Part shown: one piece after another, positions 8,998-20,290 of the stretch
Position numbering within the stretch: position 1 is the first letter of the stretch
How the letters are laid out: each line of letters starts with the position of its first letter
Assembly (NCBI GenBank): GCA_964496475.1
Contig: CAZBZS010000001.1
Coordinates: 36,512 to 100,511, forward strand
DNA length: 64,000 bases
Direction: 5' to 3'
Source: an uncultured Chloroflexota bacterium
GTDB lineage: Bacteria > Chloroflexota > UBA11872 > VXNJ01
Program-made: the position numbers and the translations under genes
The notes under the pieces: model-generated
The model's input: only the letters and a program-made list of their open reading frames with translations
Database searches by the model: none
Told to the model about the DNA's origin: nothing

Positions 8998-10308
8998 TTG
9001 GAACCTTCTAGTTGGGTAAGTCTGCCTGTTGTCTTGGGTTTGACTATTCTCAATATACTGATCGTGGCCTCAGAGTCGGCTCTGCTTGCGGTGCGCCCCA
9101 GTCGCATCGCTGAACTGGCCGAATCCGGGGATTTCCGTGCTGGCCGGGTCCGCCGGTTGAAGGAGAATCCCCAAAGGCTGCGAGCCACGCTGCGGGCGGT
9201 GACGTCGTTCCTGGGTTTCGCGGCGGCGGCGGTGGCGGCGGTGAACCTGGGGCCGGAATTGGCGCGGATAATTCCCAGCGATCCGCTGGCCGTTGGACTG
9301 GTGACCCTAATTGCGATTCTGGTCACGGTGGTCGGCGCCGACCTAGTTTCCCGCCGGCGCTCGGACGATCCGGAACCGCTGGCCCTCGGTGCGGCGACCC
9401 TGATCGAATGGGTGATGCGGATGGTGTCGCCGCTCACGTGGGTCCTCGGACGGCCCGGCGCGCTGTGGTCGCGGGTGGCGGGAGACGCGGGCTCCGCCGC
9501 GCCGGATACGGACTCCAACGAGGAGATCAGGTGGCTGATTCAGGAAGGGGAAAAACGAGGCGCCATCGAGGACGACGAGGCGGCGATGATTCACGGAGTC
9601 TTCGAACTGGCCAGCCGGCCGGTGCGCGCGATCATGACCGCGCGGCCCGACGTAATCTTGGTGGAATCAGGCACCCCGGCCGGGGAAGCGCTCGATCTCG
9701 CAATCAAGCACGGGTTCTCCCGCCTGCCGGTCTACCGGGACACCGTTGACACCATCCTCGGGGTGGTCTCGGTGCGTGAGATGGCCGTGGCCCTCAGGGC
9801 CGAGCACAACGGCGATACCCCCGTGGACGAGCTTATGTGGGACCCGTTATTCGTGCCGGAAACTAAGCTGAGCGGCGATCTGCTGGCGGAATTACAGGAA
9901 TTGAAGACGCACATGGCGATCGTGGTGGATGAGTACGGAGACACGGCCGGAATTGCCACACTGGAAGACATAATCGAGGAGATCGTCGGCGAGATTGCCG
10001 ACGAAACCGATATCGAGCGGCCGGGTCTGGTGCAGCTGGACCAGAACACGGCCATGGTTGACGGGCGCATGGCGCTGTCGGACCTAAACGACGAGATGGA
10101 CCTGGACATCGAGGCTGACGGGGCGGACACGGTGGGCGGGCTTGTGTTCCTGACGCTGGGCCACGTGCCCGAGGAGGGCGAAAAATTGAAGGTCGACGGG
10201 GTCAGCATCGAGGTTCTGCGGGTGGACAACACGCGCATTCGCCGGCTACGACTGGTGAGGCAGGTCGCAGCCGAGCCGGCCCCGGAACAGGTTGACGACG
10301 AAGTCTGA
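8998..10308 (+). CDS. Hemolysin-family / CNNM (DUF21-CBS-CorC_HlyC) transporter-associated protein
   Basis: N-terminal 4-TM DUF21, tandem CBS domains, C-terminal CorC_HlyC domain. Apparent TTG start overlaps a GGTTCC/GGAACC hairpin. Confidence 0.85.
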   Translation: MEPSSWVSLPVVLGLTILNILIVASESALLAVRPSRIAELAESGDFRAGRVRRLKENPQRLRATLRAVTSFLGFAAAAVAAVNLGPELARIIPSDPLAVGLVTLIAILVTVVGADLVSRRRSDDPEPLALGAATLIEWVMRMVSPLTWVLGRPGALWSRVAGDAGSAAPDTDSNEEIRWLIQEGEKRGAIEDDEAAMIHGVFELASRPVRAIMTARPDVILVESGTPAGEALDLAIKHGFSRLPVYRDTVDTILGVVSVREMAVALRAEHNGDTPVDELMWDPLFVPETKLSGDLLAELQELKTHMAIVVDEYGDTAGIATLEDIIEEIVGEIADETDIERPGLVQLDQNTAMVDGRMALSDLNDEMDLDIEADGADTVGGLVFLTLGHVPEEGEKLKVDGVSIEVLRVDNTRIRRLRLVRQVAAEPAPEQVDDEV

Positions 10309-10714
10309 TCCGCCACTGGCGGACGACAAGGTCAAGCGCCTGTTTGAGGCGGCCGAAACGGCGCGGACGCACTCATATTCGCCGTATTCGGGATTCGCCA
10401 TAGGAGCGGCGGTGCTGACCGACCGGGACGAAATCGTTCCCGGAGCGAACGTCGAGAACGCCTCCTACGGCGCGACGATCTGCGCCGAGCGGTCGGCGGT
10501 GCTGGGGGCCATGTCGCAGGGAGCCGGGAAGCCGGTGGCGGTGGCGATCGTCAGCGACGCGGAGAATCCCGCCTGGCCCTGTGGCGAATGCCTGCAGGTG
10601 CTTGTTGAATTCAGCCGAGACCTGCCGGTCTACACGCGGGGCCAAAACGGCGTCGTCGAATCGGCACGAGTTGACGAGCTGCTAACCAGGCCGTTCGACG
10701 AGGTGCCGGAGTAG
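10292..10714 (+). CDS. cdd: Cytidine deaminase
   Basis: CAERSAV and PCGECLQ zinc-binding motifs. TTG start overlaps the upstream gene by 17 nt. Confidence 0.9.
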   Translation: MTTKSDPPLADDKVKRLFEAAETARTHSYSPYSGFAIGAAVLTDRDEIVPGANVENASYGATICAERSAVLGAMSQGAGKPVAVAIVSDAENPAWPCGECLQVLVEFSRDLPVYTRGQNGVVESARVDELLTRPFDEVPE

Positions 10715-10773
10715 GGGAGTTTGCACCAAATCCAGGGCCCGTATATTCCTGGGCCAGCGGAACGGTGTCGACG

Positions 10774-10794
10774 CCGGCACCGGCGGGGTGCCGG
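10774..10794 (+). terminator. GC-rich hairpin downstream of cdd (no U-tract)
   Basis: CCGGCACC-GGCGG-GGTGCCGG, a perfect 8-bp stem. Preceded by nested CCAGG/CCTGG and GGCCC/GGGCC hairpins. Confidence 0.35.
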
Positions 10795-11045
10795 TCCGAA
10801 TCCTCGGCGGAATGTCTGACTAGGCAACATCTAGGAGGTGCAGCTCGAATTTACGGGGCATTAGCATGATCGCGGTGGTGGTGGCGGTTGGAGCAGGGGA
10901 GGATTTGATCTCCGGGAGGAGGCTTCGGGTGGGCCGCAGGACTCGTCCCCGGGGAATGTGGCGTCCGCGCCTGATCTCAACCAGCTCCCACCAGCCGTGA
11001 TCTCGACCCCAACGTCCTGCGCATCCGATTCGCATCTGTGCCTGA

Positions 11046-12108
11046 ATGTGCGCGGCAGTTCGACGCCAGCGGAGCCGTCGCCCGTTCGCGAGCCAGGGAG
11101 CATGCGATGAAGGAGCGCTTCGAATCGGGATCGCGATCGCTGTAAGCGTCTTGGTAGCAGTGGCATCGTTTAGTCCGGGTATCTCCGCGGCAACGTATTG
11201 CACGGAAGTTCAAGATCCTGAGTATGTGCTCGGATTCGCCTTCATGAAGTTGCAGCTCGGCGATACGATAGGCGATCTGCTCGAGTGCGAACACACCAAC
11301 CCCGAAAACGGAGGCACGCTCCAAACAAGATCAAGGGCCTGGCTTTCTACCGAAAAGCAACGAATACGCCCACGTTTACCGATGGATGGAATCACTGTGC
11401 CTGGACGGCGGACGGGCTGGTTACATGGACCGGCGACAGCGTAGACCCATCGGGGATCGAGGTCCCGACTCCGACTCCCGCACCGACCGCGGTGCCGACT
11501 GCGCCTCCCGCGCCGACTGCGGCGCCCACTCAGCCGCCAGCAGTCGCCACTGAGCGGACTCAGACGTTCAGCAGAAGTGGAGATCAGGTTCTCCGCGTGA
11601 CGCTGCAGGCCGGCGTGGACCTGTTCGACTTTACCCACGACGGGTCAAGGAATTTCATTGCCTGGATGCGTGGGGCGAGCGACGATCTGCTGGTCAATGA
11701 AATTGGCGGGTACCGTGGCACAACCATGGCCGGTGTTCAGGCGGGCGAATTCCTACTCGATATCCAGGCGGACGGCGCATGGACATTATCCCTGAGAGAA
11801 CTGCGGAACCAGACCCCGGTCGGCGTACCTCACACGGCCACCGGCAGCGGTGACGCGGTGTCGAGTTTCATGAGCCTGAGCGGACTGTACATTGTCACCG
11901 CGAACTACACCGGTAGCTCGAACTTCATCGTTTGGCTGTATGACTCGAACGGGCAGTGAATTGACCGAGTCTTCAACAAGATCGGCTCCTACTCAAGGGG
12001 CAACACCGTCCGTGTGAATAGCGGATCGTACGTTCTCGTGGTCAAGTCCAGTGGCGACTGGTCGATCCAGATGGAGTAACCGCGAGAGGGGGACCGTCTT
12101 CTGAGGGA
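11046..12108 (+). pseudogene. Secreted PT-linker protein with two tandem ~75-aa C-terminal repeats, disrupted by a frameshift (~11325-11335) and an in-frame TGA (11956-11958)
   Basis: Frame A: R-rich n-region SRRPF, then h-region IGIAIAVSVLVAVASF, then a Cys-containing N-domain ending ...ECEHTNPENGGTLQ. The protein-like sequence then switches to frame B (NKIKGLAFYRKATNTPTFTDGWNHCAWTADGLV...). A P/T/A linker follows (PTPTPAPTAVPTAPPAPTAAPTQPP). Repeat 1 is GDQVLRVTLQAG...AWTLSLRE. Repeat 2 is GDAVSSFMSLSG...NGQ*IDRVFNKIGSY...DWSIQME, and it continues cleanly through the TGA to a TAA at 12106-12108. Confidence 0.55.
11461..11562 (+). repeat. Low-complexity Pro/Thr/Ala codon repeat (PT-linker) inside the secreted repeat protein
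   Basis: ccgact/ccgacc/gcgccg codon iterations encoding PTPTPAPTAVPTAPPAPTAAPTQPP. Confidence 0.8.
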
Positions 12109-12110
12109 AA

Positions 12111-12983
12111 TCATCCCGCAACGGCGATGAGGGCGACGCCGGCGGCAAGGGACAGGGCGCCGAGGATTCGGGCGCGGCCGGCACGCTCTTTGAGCAGCAA
12201 GACCCCGTAAAGAGTGGCGATGAGGATGCTGGTCTCGCGGGCGGCGGAGACGTACGTGACGATGCTCCAGGTCATGGCCGTAAGCACCATCGTGTAGGCG
12301 CCGAACAGGAGGATTCCGGCGGCGATGATCCAGAGGTATTCACGACGCACTAACGAAGTGAGCCGGACGGGCTTGCGGAGGTAGTAGGGGGCCATCAGCA
12401 GGGCCGAGCCCAGCACCCATAGCCACATGTAGATCAGGGGATTGACACGGGTGACGCCCGCCTTGTCGAGGACTGAATAAATGCCGATGGTCACCCCGGT
12501 GAGAAGGGCCAGGCGAGTGCCCGGCATCGTGACCAGGGCACGAAACGGCCGGGTGAGGTCGCGGATGGTGAGGTGCTCGGTACTTAGCAGGTAGACACCG
12601 GCGATCACCAGCAGCACGCCGCCGACACCGGCGACTGTCGGGGACTCGCCAAGGACGATAAAGGCGATGATCAGGACGAAGAGCGGACCGGTGCCACGGG
12701 CGAGCGGATAGGCGACGGAGAGGTCGGTGCGAGAGAGCGCTCCGCCGAGAAACAGGAAATAGAAGACGTGGATGACGGCGGAGGCGACGATAAAGATCCA
12801 GCCCTCGCCACTGATCGGATGGCTTGGCAGCAGGATGGCAAAGGCTGGCGCGTAGCCGATGACCCCAGCGATGATGGCCAGCCAGAGGAAAGCGCCTTGA
12901 TCGCGGGAACGCTTCGCCATGTAATTCCAGCCTGAATGCAGGAAGGCGGAGCCCAGTGCCAGGGCGAGAGCCGCGAGATCCAT
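12111..12983 (-). CDS. EamA/DMT-superfamily transporter
   Basis: 290 aa, 10 predicted TM helices in a two-EamA-domain pattern. Confidence 0.8.
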   Translation of the reverse strand: MDLAALALALGSAFLHSGWNYMAKRSRDQGAFLWLAIIAGVIGYAPAFAILLPSHPISGEGWIFIVASAVIHVFYFLFLGGALSRTDLSVAYPLARGTGPLFVLIIAFIVLGESPTVAGVGGVLLVIAGVYLLSTEHLTIRDLTRPFRALVTMPGTRLALLTGVTIGIYSVLDKAGVTRVNPLIYMWLWVLGSALLMAPYYLRKPVRLTSLVRREYLWIIAAGILLFGAYTMVLTAMTWSIVTYVSAARETSILIATLYGVLLLKERAGRARILGALSLAAGVALIAVAG

Positions 12984-14284
12984 TATTCGCCGGCCGCCGG
13001 CTTGAATTCAGCGATCACCGCGTGGTGGCGTTCGCCGGATCGGTACACGAAGAGGCGGTAGGGCGTGTCTCCTCGCAGGTAGCGCTGGAGGCGGGCCGCG
13101 ATGACATCCCCGGGCTCGGGAAAGCCGCGACAACGCACGGCAACCGAGCCGGACCCGAGCTTGCGGAGCCGCTCGCCGATGGCGCGATCGGAGAACGGTA
13201 GGGCGTCGATCACCCGATAATAGCGGGCGAATGGGGTTGTGGGCGCTGTATTGCTGGCCAAAAAGGCGATTTGCTCCGCCAGGACGCCGTGCTCGATGCC
13301 AGTGGCGGCGGCGAACTCGGTGAAGAGCCCCGAACGCACCAGGGCCGGCTCGGGCTCGGCGATAAAGCGGCCCGGTTCCTGTACGGGCAGGTAGTGGCCG
13401 GGTTCGCCGGTGAGTTCGGCGCGTGGGTTGTCGGCGGCGGCGCCGGACCCAAGCACAGTAGCCCGAAGGGAAGTCGAGATGGCTTGGCCAGCCCAGATGA
13501 CGGCCTCCTTGAGTTCGCCGTCGACGGAGACGAATTCGATCTCCGCGCCGGGGAAGGCATCCCGCAGGGCCGAGAGGGAAGCGGCGGGCGCGAGCTTGAT
13601 GGTGGTTGCCGGAGCACGGCCGGCCAGATCCGAGAGGAAGTCGATGGGCGGCGAGAGCCTTTTCAGGGAGGTGCTGCGTCGGTTTTCGGAGCGACGGGAA
13701 GGGTCGGCGTATACGACGCCGAATCCGTCGAGTGAAGCGGCTTCGGCCTCCCCGGTGCGGACCTGCACGCGGCCACCCATCCGGCCGGCTTCTTCCCCGG
13801 TTTCGTCGAAGCCGGCCTCGGAGAGGTTGCGTCGCACCATATCGGCCAGGAGTGGGTCGGATTCGACAGCGACGACAGACGCGCCGGCGCGGGCGAGCGC
13901 CAGAGTATCTCCACCCATCCCGGCGCAAACCTCCAGCACTGCTCCGAACCCGGAGAGTCGTTCGGCACGATGATCGGCGGCGATGGCGCCAGAAGCCTGC
14001 TCCAGCGCGGTGCGGGTGTACCAACGGGGATGGTCGGGGCCGAACTTGCGGACCGCGGCGGCACGTCCGGCAACGAGCTCGACGACCAGTGAGACGGCAG
14101 CCACGCCGCACTTCGCCCGGATCCTTTCCACCGTATGTAGCAGCCGCTGCCCGCTCACGTCGGCAGGGCCCAGGCTCGCAAGCAGTCGCTGGCCAGCCTC
14201 ATCGGCCAGGAAGCCCACAGCTTCAATTTTCTCAGGTATCGTCAACGCGGGTTGCCGCCATAAGTAGGTGGGTTGTCGCTCCAT
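12983..14284 (-). CDS. Class I SAM-dependent methyltransferase (large, THUMP-like-associated family)
   Basis: VLEVCAGMGGDTLALARAGASVVAVESDP is a Rossmann SAM motif I. 433 aa. The overlapping plus-strand ORFs are R-rich artefacts. Confidence 0.7.
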   Translation of the reverse strand: MERQPTYLWRQPALTIPEKIEAVGFLADEAGQRLLASLGPADVSGQRLLHTVERIRAKCGVAAVSLVVELVAGRAAAVRKFGPDHPRWYTRTALEQASGAIAADHRAERLSGFGAVLEVCAGMGGDTLALARAGASVVAVESDPLLADMVRRNLSEAGFDETGEEAGRMGGRVQVRTGEAEAASLDGFGVVYADPSRRSENRRSTSLKRLSPPIDFLSDLAGRAPATTIKLAPAASLSALRDAFPGAEIEFVSVDGELKEAVIWAGQAISTSLRATVLGSGAAADNPRAELTGEPGHYLPVQEPGRFIAEPEPALVRSGLFTEFAAATGIEHGVLAEQIAFLASNTAPTTPFARYYRVIDALPFSDRAIGERLRKLGSGSVAVRCRGFPEPGDVIAARLQRYLRGDTPYRLFVYRSGERHHAVIAEFKPAAGE

Positions 14285-14327
14285 ATAATGGCTTCCAGGA
14301 AGAATACCGGAGGGGGCCGACGGAGCC

Positions 14328-15096
14328 GATGATCCTGAAGCGATCTAATGCCTACCGGGCGCGCGGGTTCGTGCTGCGCCGTCACGACCTCGGCGAAGCC
14401 GACCGAATCGTGACCCTCTACACCCGCGAGCATGGCAAACGCCGGGCAGTGGCTAAGGGCGTGCGCAAGCCGCAGAGCCGACTGGCCGGTCATATCGAAC
14501 TGTTCTCGCTCGTGGATACGTACCTTGTGGTCGGGGGGAATCTGGACGTGTTGACGCAGGCGACAGCGCTGACCACCTATCCGCAACTGGTGGCGGACCT
14601 GGAGCGATTCGCGCAGGCGTCCTGGGCGGCGGAGACGCTGGATAGATTGACTCCCGAGTCCGAGGCGGATTCGTATCTCTTTGACGTTTTCGAGATCGCG
14701 CTGGAACGGATCGCCGCAGCCGAGCGGCCGGGGCTGCATCTGCGGCAATTCGAATTGCTGGCGCTGGATCGGGCCGGTTACCGGCCGCAACTCGAACGCT
14801 GCGTCGAATGCGGGGAATCGCTGCAGGAAACGACGAACAGATTCGCGCCGCAGGCGGGCGGGGTCGTGTGCCCGAAGTGCCCTCCCGACGGATTGTCGAT
14901 TCCGTTGTCGCTGCGCACGTTGAAATCGACGCGTTGGCTCCTGGCGGCGGAGCCCGGGTCGGCGGGGAGGCTGCAGACGGACGGCGAGTTGGAAGCCGGG
15001 CTGGAAAAGCTGCTGAGGTCGTACCTGACGGCTGTAGTGGGCAGCGGGTTTCGCTCGGCGGACCTGCTGGACCGGGTGCGCTCCAACAACGTCTAG
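14328..15096 (+). CDS. recO: DNA repair protein RecO
   Basis: MILKRSNAYRARGFVLRRHDLGEADRIVTLYT is the RecO N-terminal OB fold, with a C-terminal CxxC...CxxC zinc finger (CVECG...CPKC). The ORF track's long N-terminal extension from 13606 is spurious. Confidence 0.9.
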
Positions 15097-15198
15097 AAGA
15101 GAGGCGATCGGACGGGTCGCGCGGCATTGACCGCACCGGGCATAATCTCCCGACCTGACTAATCACCCTGCGCTCCCACTCGCACCGAACAGGACTGC

Positions 15199-16539
15199 AT
15201 GGCCAAGAAAAACAACACGATGGACAAACTGGTCTCCCTGGCCAAGCGGCGCGGGTACGTGTTCCCCAGCTCCGAGATTTACGGCGGCTTCGGCAGCACC
15301 TGGGACTACGGTCCGCTCGGAGCGGAGCTGATCCGTAACATCAAGGAAGCCTGGTGGCGGGACGTAGTGCTGGCGCACGACAATGTCGTGGGGATCAACG
15401 CGTCGATCTTGATGTCGCCGGAGATTTGGAAAGCGTCGGGGCACGTAGAGCATTTCTCAGATCCGCTGGTGGAGTGCAGCAACTGCCGACGGAGATTTCG
15501 TCCGGATGATCTGGATAAGCCAGACCAGTGCCCGGTGTGCGGGAATAAGGAACTGGGGGAGTCGCGGCAGTTCAATACGATGTTCAAGACGTTCGTTGGG
15601 CCGGTCGAGGGCGAGGCGGCGGTGGCCTACCTGCGGCCAGAGACGGCGCAGGCGATTTTCGTGAATTTTAAGAACGTACAGCAGGCCGCCCGGGCGCGGC
15701 TGCCGTTTGGCATCGCTCAGATCGGAAAGGCGTTTCGTAACGAAATCACTACCGGCAACTTCCTCTTCCGCACCCGCGAATTTGAACAAATGGAGATGGA
15801 GTTCTTCGTCCAGCCCGGCGATGACGAGCGTTGGTTCGACTTCTGGGTGAAAGAGCGAATGGACTGGTTCCAACGCTACGGAATCCCGGAAGAGAAGTTG
15901 CGGCTGCGGGCGCACGATCCGGAAGAGCTGGCCCACTACTCGCGGGGTACCAGCGACATCGAGTACGAATTCCCGTTCGGCTGGAGTGAAATCGAGGGCA
16001 TCGCCCGGCGGGGAAATTACGACCTACACAAACACCAGGAGGCGTCCGGGAAGGACCTCACCTACTTCGACCAGACGGCGAACGAACACGTCCTACCCTG
16101 GGTTGTGGAGCCGTCAGTTGGAGTCGACCGCACCGCGCTGGCGTTTCTGGCCGAGGCATACGCCGAGGAGGAGATCGAGTCGGCAAAGGGCGAGATGGAG
16201 ACGCGCACCGTCCTGCGCCTTGACCCGCGCCTGGCGCCGACGAAGGTGGCGTTTTTCCCGCTGATCAAGAAAGAGCCACTACAGGAAATGGCGCACCGGC
16301 TACAGGACGATTCTAGGTTCGACTGGACAACCTTTTACGACGAGGCGGGGGCCATCGGCCGCCGTTACCGGCGGCAGGATGAAGCCGGGACGCCCTATTG
16401 CGTAACCGTGGACTTCGACTCACTGGATGACAATGCTGTCACGGTGAGAGACCGGGACACTCTGAAACAGGATCGGGTGGCGGTGGCGGAATTAACGCCC
16501 TATCTGAGGGAGAAACTCGCCTGGCGCCAGACAGGCTAA
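15199..16539 (+). CDS. glyQS: Glycine--tRNA ligase (dimeric class II type)
   Basis: LAKRRGYVFPSSEIYGG and the FRNEITTGNFLFRTREFEQMEMEFF motif 2/3 region. 446 aa. In the recO-glyS arrangement. Confidence 0.95.
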   Translation: MAKKNNTMDKLVSLAKRRGYVFPSSEIYGGFGSTWDYGPLGAELIRNIKEAWWRDVVLAHDNVVGINASILMSPEIWKASGHVEHFSDPLVECSNCRRRFRPDDLDKPDQCPVCGNKELGESRQFNTMFKTFVGPVEGEAAVAYLRPETAQAIFVNFKNVQQAARARLPFGIAQIGKAFRNEITTGNFLFRTREFEQMEMEFFVQPGDDERWFDFWVKERMDWFQRYGIPEEKLRLRAHDPEELAHYSRGTSDIEYEFPFGWSEIEGIARRGNYDLHKHQEASGKDLTYFDQTANEHVLPWVVEPSVGVDRTALAFLAEAYAEEEIESAKGEMETRTVLRLDPRLAPTKVAFFPLIKKEPLQEMAHRLQDDSRFDWTTFYDEAGAIGRRYRRQDEAGTPYCVTVDFDSLDDNAVTVRDRDTLKQDRVAVAELTPYLREKLAWRQTG

Positions 16540-16660
16540 GCCTGATTTCTGAGCCTTCGGCTGGGCTGGAACGGTGGCAGATTGGAGGCGCGCCGGCACG
16601 CTAGAAACAGTCAAGTCGGAAGCGTCGGAGAAGCTGGTGGCTTCAAAAAATAGGCTCCGC

Positions 16661-17952
<1,292 letters not shown>

Positions 17953-18045
17953 CGTGTCGCTCAGCGTAAAGATCGGCTATTTGCGCACGCAACTGCTATG
18001 CGCTAGTTTGATCGCCCCTCATAAATGAGATTTGCCGAAGAGTGA

Positions 18046-19266
18046 ATGCCGGGAGGCGCGAGCATGGCCGACGAGGTCGGTTTCACCACCATGGCCGATA
18101 TTTCCACCGACGCGGGAGACGCCCCCGAGATCGGCATCGGCATGATCGGGTACGCCTTTATGGGCAAAGCCCATTCCAACGGCTATAAGACGATTCCGAG
18201 CATGATGTTCCCGCCGCCGGCGATTCCAGCATTGAAGAGCATGGCGGGGCGAAACGGGGAGGCGGTGGCGGCGGCGGCAAGGCGATTCGGCTTTGAACGC
18301 CACACCACCGACTGGCGCGATCTGATAACCGATCCCGACATCCAGGTGCTGGATAACGGCGGTCCGAACAACCTGCACCTCGAGCCGACGATCGCGGCTG
18401 TAGAAGCCGGCAAACACGTTATTTGCGAAAAACCGCTGGGCCGTAATCCGGGCGAGTCGAAGCAGATGTGGGTGGCAGCGGAAAAGGCTGGGGTGAAGCA
18501 CATGGCCGCGTTCAACTACCGCTTCGTGCCGGCGATCATCCAGGCAAGGAAGCTGGTGAAAGAAGGGGCCATCGGCGAGGTGTTCCACTTCCGGGGCCGC
18601 TACGCGCAGGAATGGATCATCGATCCGGAGTTCCCGTTGATCTGGCGGCTGGACAAGGACGTAGCCGGGAGCGGGGTGCTGGGCGACCTTGGTTCGCACA
18701 CGCTGGACCTCGCAAGGTTCATCGTGGGAGAGATCACGGCGGTGAATGGCCGGCTGAAGACGTTCATCAAGGAACGCCCCCTTGCCGACGACACCAGTAA
18801 GAAGGGCCCCGTGACGGTCGACGACGCCTACATGGCCCTCTTGGAGTTCGAGAACGGCGCGATCGGTTCGGTGGAGGCGACCCGCTTCGCCAACGGGCGC
18901 AAGAACGGCAACATCTTCGAAATCAACGGCTCGAAGGGATCGATCGCCTACAACATGGAGTCGTTCAATGAACTTGAGGTCTACCTCGCCGACTCCGAAC
19001 CGACCGACGCGAACGGCTTTCGCAAGGTGCTCGTGTCCGAGGCGTTTCATCCCTACTGGGAAAACTGGTGGCCGCACGGGCACATGATCGGATGGGAGCA
19101 CACGTTCGTACACGAACTTCATCACTTCCTAGACTGCATCGTGAACGACAACGACGTGGCCCCGATGGGCGCGACGTTCGAAGACGGCTACAAGTGTGAC
19201 GTGCTGCTGGCGGCCATCGCGGAATCCGATGCCAACGGCGGGGCGCGGGTCGAAATCTCTTACTAG
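18046..19266 (+). CDS. Gfo/Idh/MocA-family NAD(P)-dependent oxidoreductase
   Basis: IGIGMIGYAFMGKAH Rossmann N-terminus and the EKP motif (HVICEKPLG). Alternative ATG starts at 18064 and 18091. Confidence 0.9.
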   Translation: MPGGASMADEVGFTTMADISTDAGDAPEIGIGMIGYAFMGKAHSNGYKTIPSMMFPPPAIPALKSMAGRNGEAVAAAARRFGFERHTTDWRDLITDPDIQVLDNGGPNNLHLEPTIAAVEAGKHVICEKPLGRNPGESKQMWVAAEKAGVKHMAAFNYRFVPAIIQARKLVKEGAIGEVFHFRGRYAQEWIIDPEFPLIWRLDKDVAGSGVLGDLGSHTLDLARFIVGEITAVNGRLKTFIKERPLADDTSKKGPVTVDDAYMALLEFENGAIGSVEATRFANGRKNGNIFEINGSKGSIAYNMESFNELEVYLADSEPTDANGFRKVLVSEAFHPYWENWWPHGHMIGWEHTFVHELHHFLDCIVNDNDVAPMGATFEDGYKCDVLLAAIAESDANGGARVEISY

Positions 19267-19296
19267 CAGCGCTCGGGCAGAGCGGGAGGCATTGCC

Positions 19297-20268
19297 ATGA
19301 AGATCGGTGTGTTCGCGGTTCTGATGAGCGGTCAGCCGCTGGAGCAGGTGGCCGGATATTTGAAGAGTCTTGGAGTCGGAGCCATCGAACTGGGCTGCGG
19401 CGGATATCCGGGAAACGCGCACTGCGACTCGGTCGACCTGCTGGCGAATCCTGACAAGATCGACCACCTGAATGAAGTTCTGGACAAGAATGACCTAGAG
19501 CTATCGGCTCTGAGCATGCACGGAAACCCGATCCATCCGGATAAGGAGTTCGCCGCGGAGCACGCAAAGGACCAGCAGAACGCGGTGCTGCTGGCGGAGA
19601 AGCTAGGGATCGACACCGTGGTCACCTTCTCTGGCTGTCCGGGCGACAGCCCCGGGGCGAAGTATCCGAACTGGGTGACATGCGCCTGGCCGCCCGACTA
19701 TCCCGAGATTTTGCAGTACCAGTGGGACGACGTGCTGGTGCCGTACTGGAAGGAAGCGGCGGCGTTCGCGCGAGATCATGGGGTCACGAAGATAGGGCTG
19801 GAGATGCACCCGGGCTTCTGCGTCTACAACACCGACTCGCTGCTGCGGTTGCGGGATGCCGTAGGGCCGGAGATTGGCGCCAATTACGACCCTAGCCACC
19901 TTTGGTGGCAGGGCATTGATGTGCCCAACTCAATCCGGGAGATCGGCCGGGCCGGGGCGATGCACCACTTCCACGCGAAGGACACAAAGGTGGACCCCCA
20001 AAACACCCGCCGCACCGGCGTCCTGGACACCAGGCCGTACACCGACGAAATCAACCGCTCGTGGCTCTTCCGTTCGATTGGCTACGGGCATGGAATCGAC
20101 GACTGGAAAGAGATCGTGAGCGAACTCCGGCTCATCGGTTACGACGGCGCTCTGAGCATCGAGCACGAGGACAGCCTCCTCTCCGCCAACGAAGGCCTGG
20201 AGAAGGGCATCGACGTGCTAAAGCAGGCGCTTGTCACCGAGCCCGCCGGCGAAGCGTATTGGGCCTGA
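19297..20268 (+). CDS. Sugar phosphate isomerase/epimerase (xylose-isomerase-like TIM barrel)
   Basis: 323 aa with a TIM-barrel metal-ligand pattern (E, D, H, E). Family-level call. Confidence 0.85.
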   Translation: MKIGVFAVLMSGQPLEQVAGYLKSLGVGAIELGCGGYPGNAHCDSVDLLANPDKIDHLNEVLDKNDLELSALSMHGNPIHPDKEFAAEHAKDQQNAVLLAEKLGIDTVVTFSGCPGDSPGAKYPNWVTCAWPPDYPEILQYQWDDVLVPYWKEAAAFARDHGVTKIGLEMHPGFCVYNTDSLLRLRDAVGPEIGANYDPSHLWWQGIDVPNSIREIGRAGAMHHFHAKDTKVDPQNTRRTGVLDTRPYTDEINRSWLFRSIGYGHGIDDWKEIVSELRLIGYDGALSIEHEDSLLSANEGLEKGIDVLKQALVTEPAGEAYWA

Positions 20269-20290
20269 GCCTAACCAAGACCAGAGGGGA

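Noticed and set aside
8975-9000. Hairpin GGTTCC-TTTTCTT-GGAACC as a prs terminator
   Set aside because: It overlaps the apparent start codon of the next gene and has no U-tract after the stem. It may instead be a translation-initiation structure. Left uncalled.
13008-15166. Multiple 135-496-aa ORFs overlapping the methyltransferase and recO (including the 496-aa ORF 13606-15096)
   Set aside because: Only the C-terminal 256 codons of the 496-aa ORF are recO (ATG at 14328). The remainder and the other frames are R/P-rich antisense artefacts.
15097-15198. T-box riboswitch upstream of glyQS
   Set aside because: Only about 100 nt of leader. That is too short for a T-box, and there is no specifier or T-box consensus.
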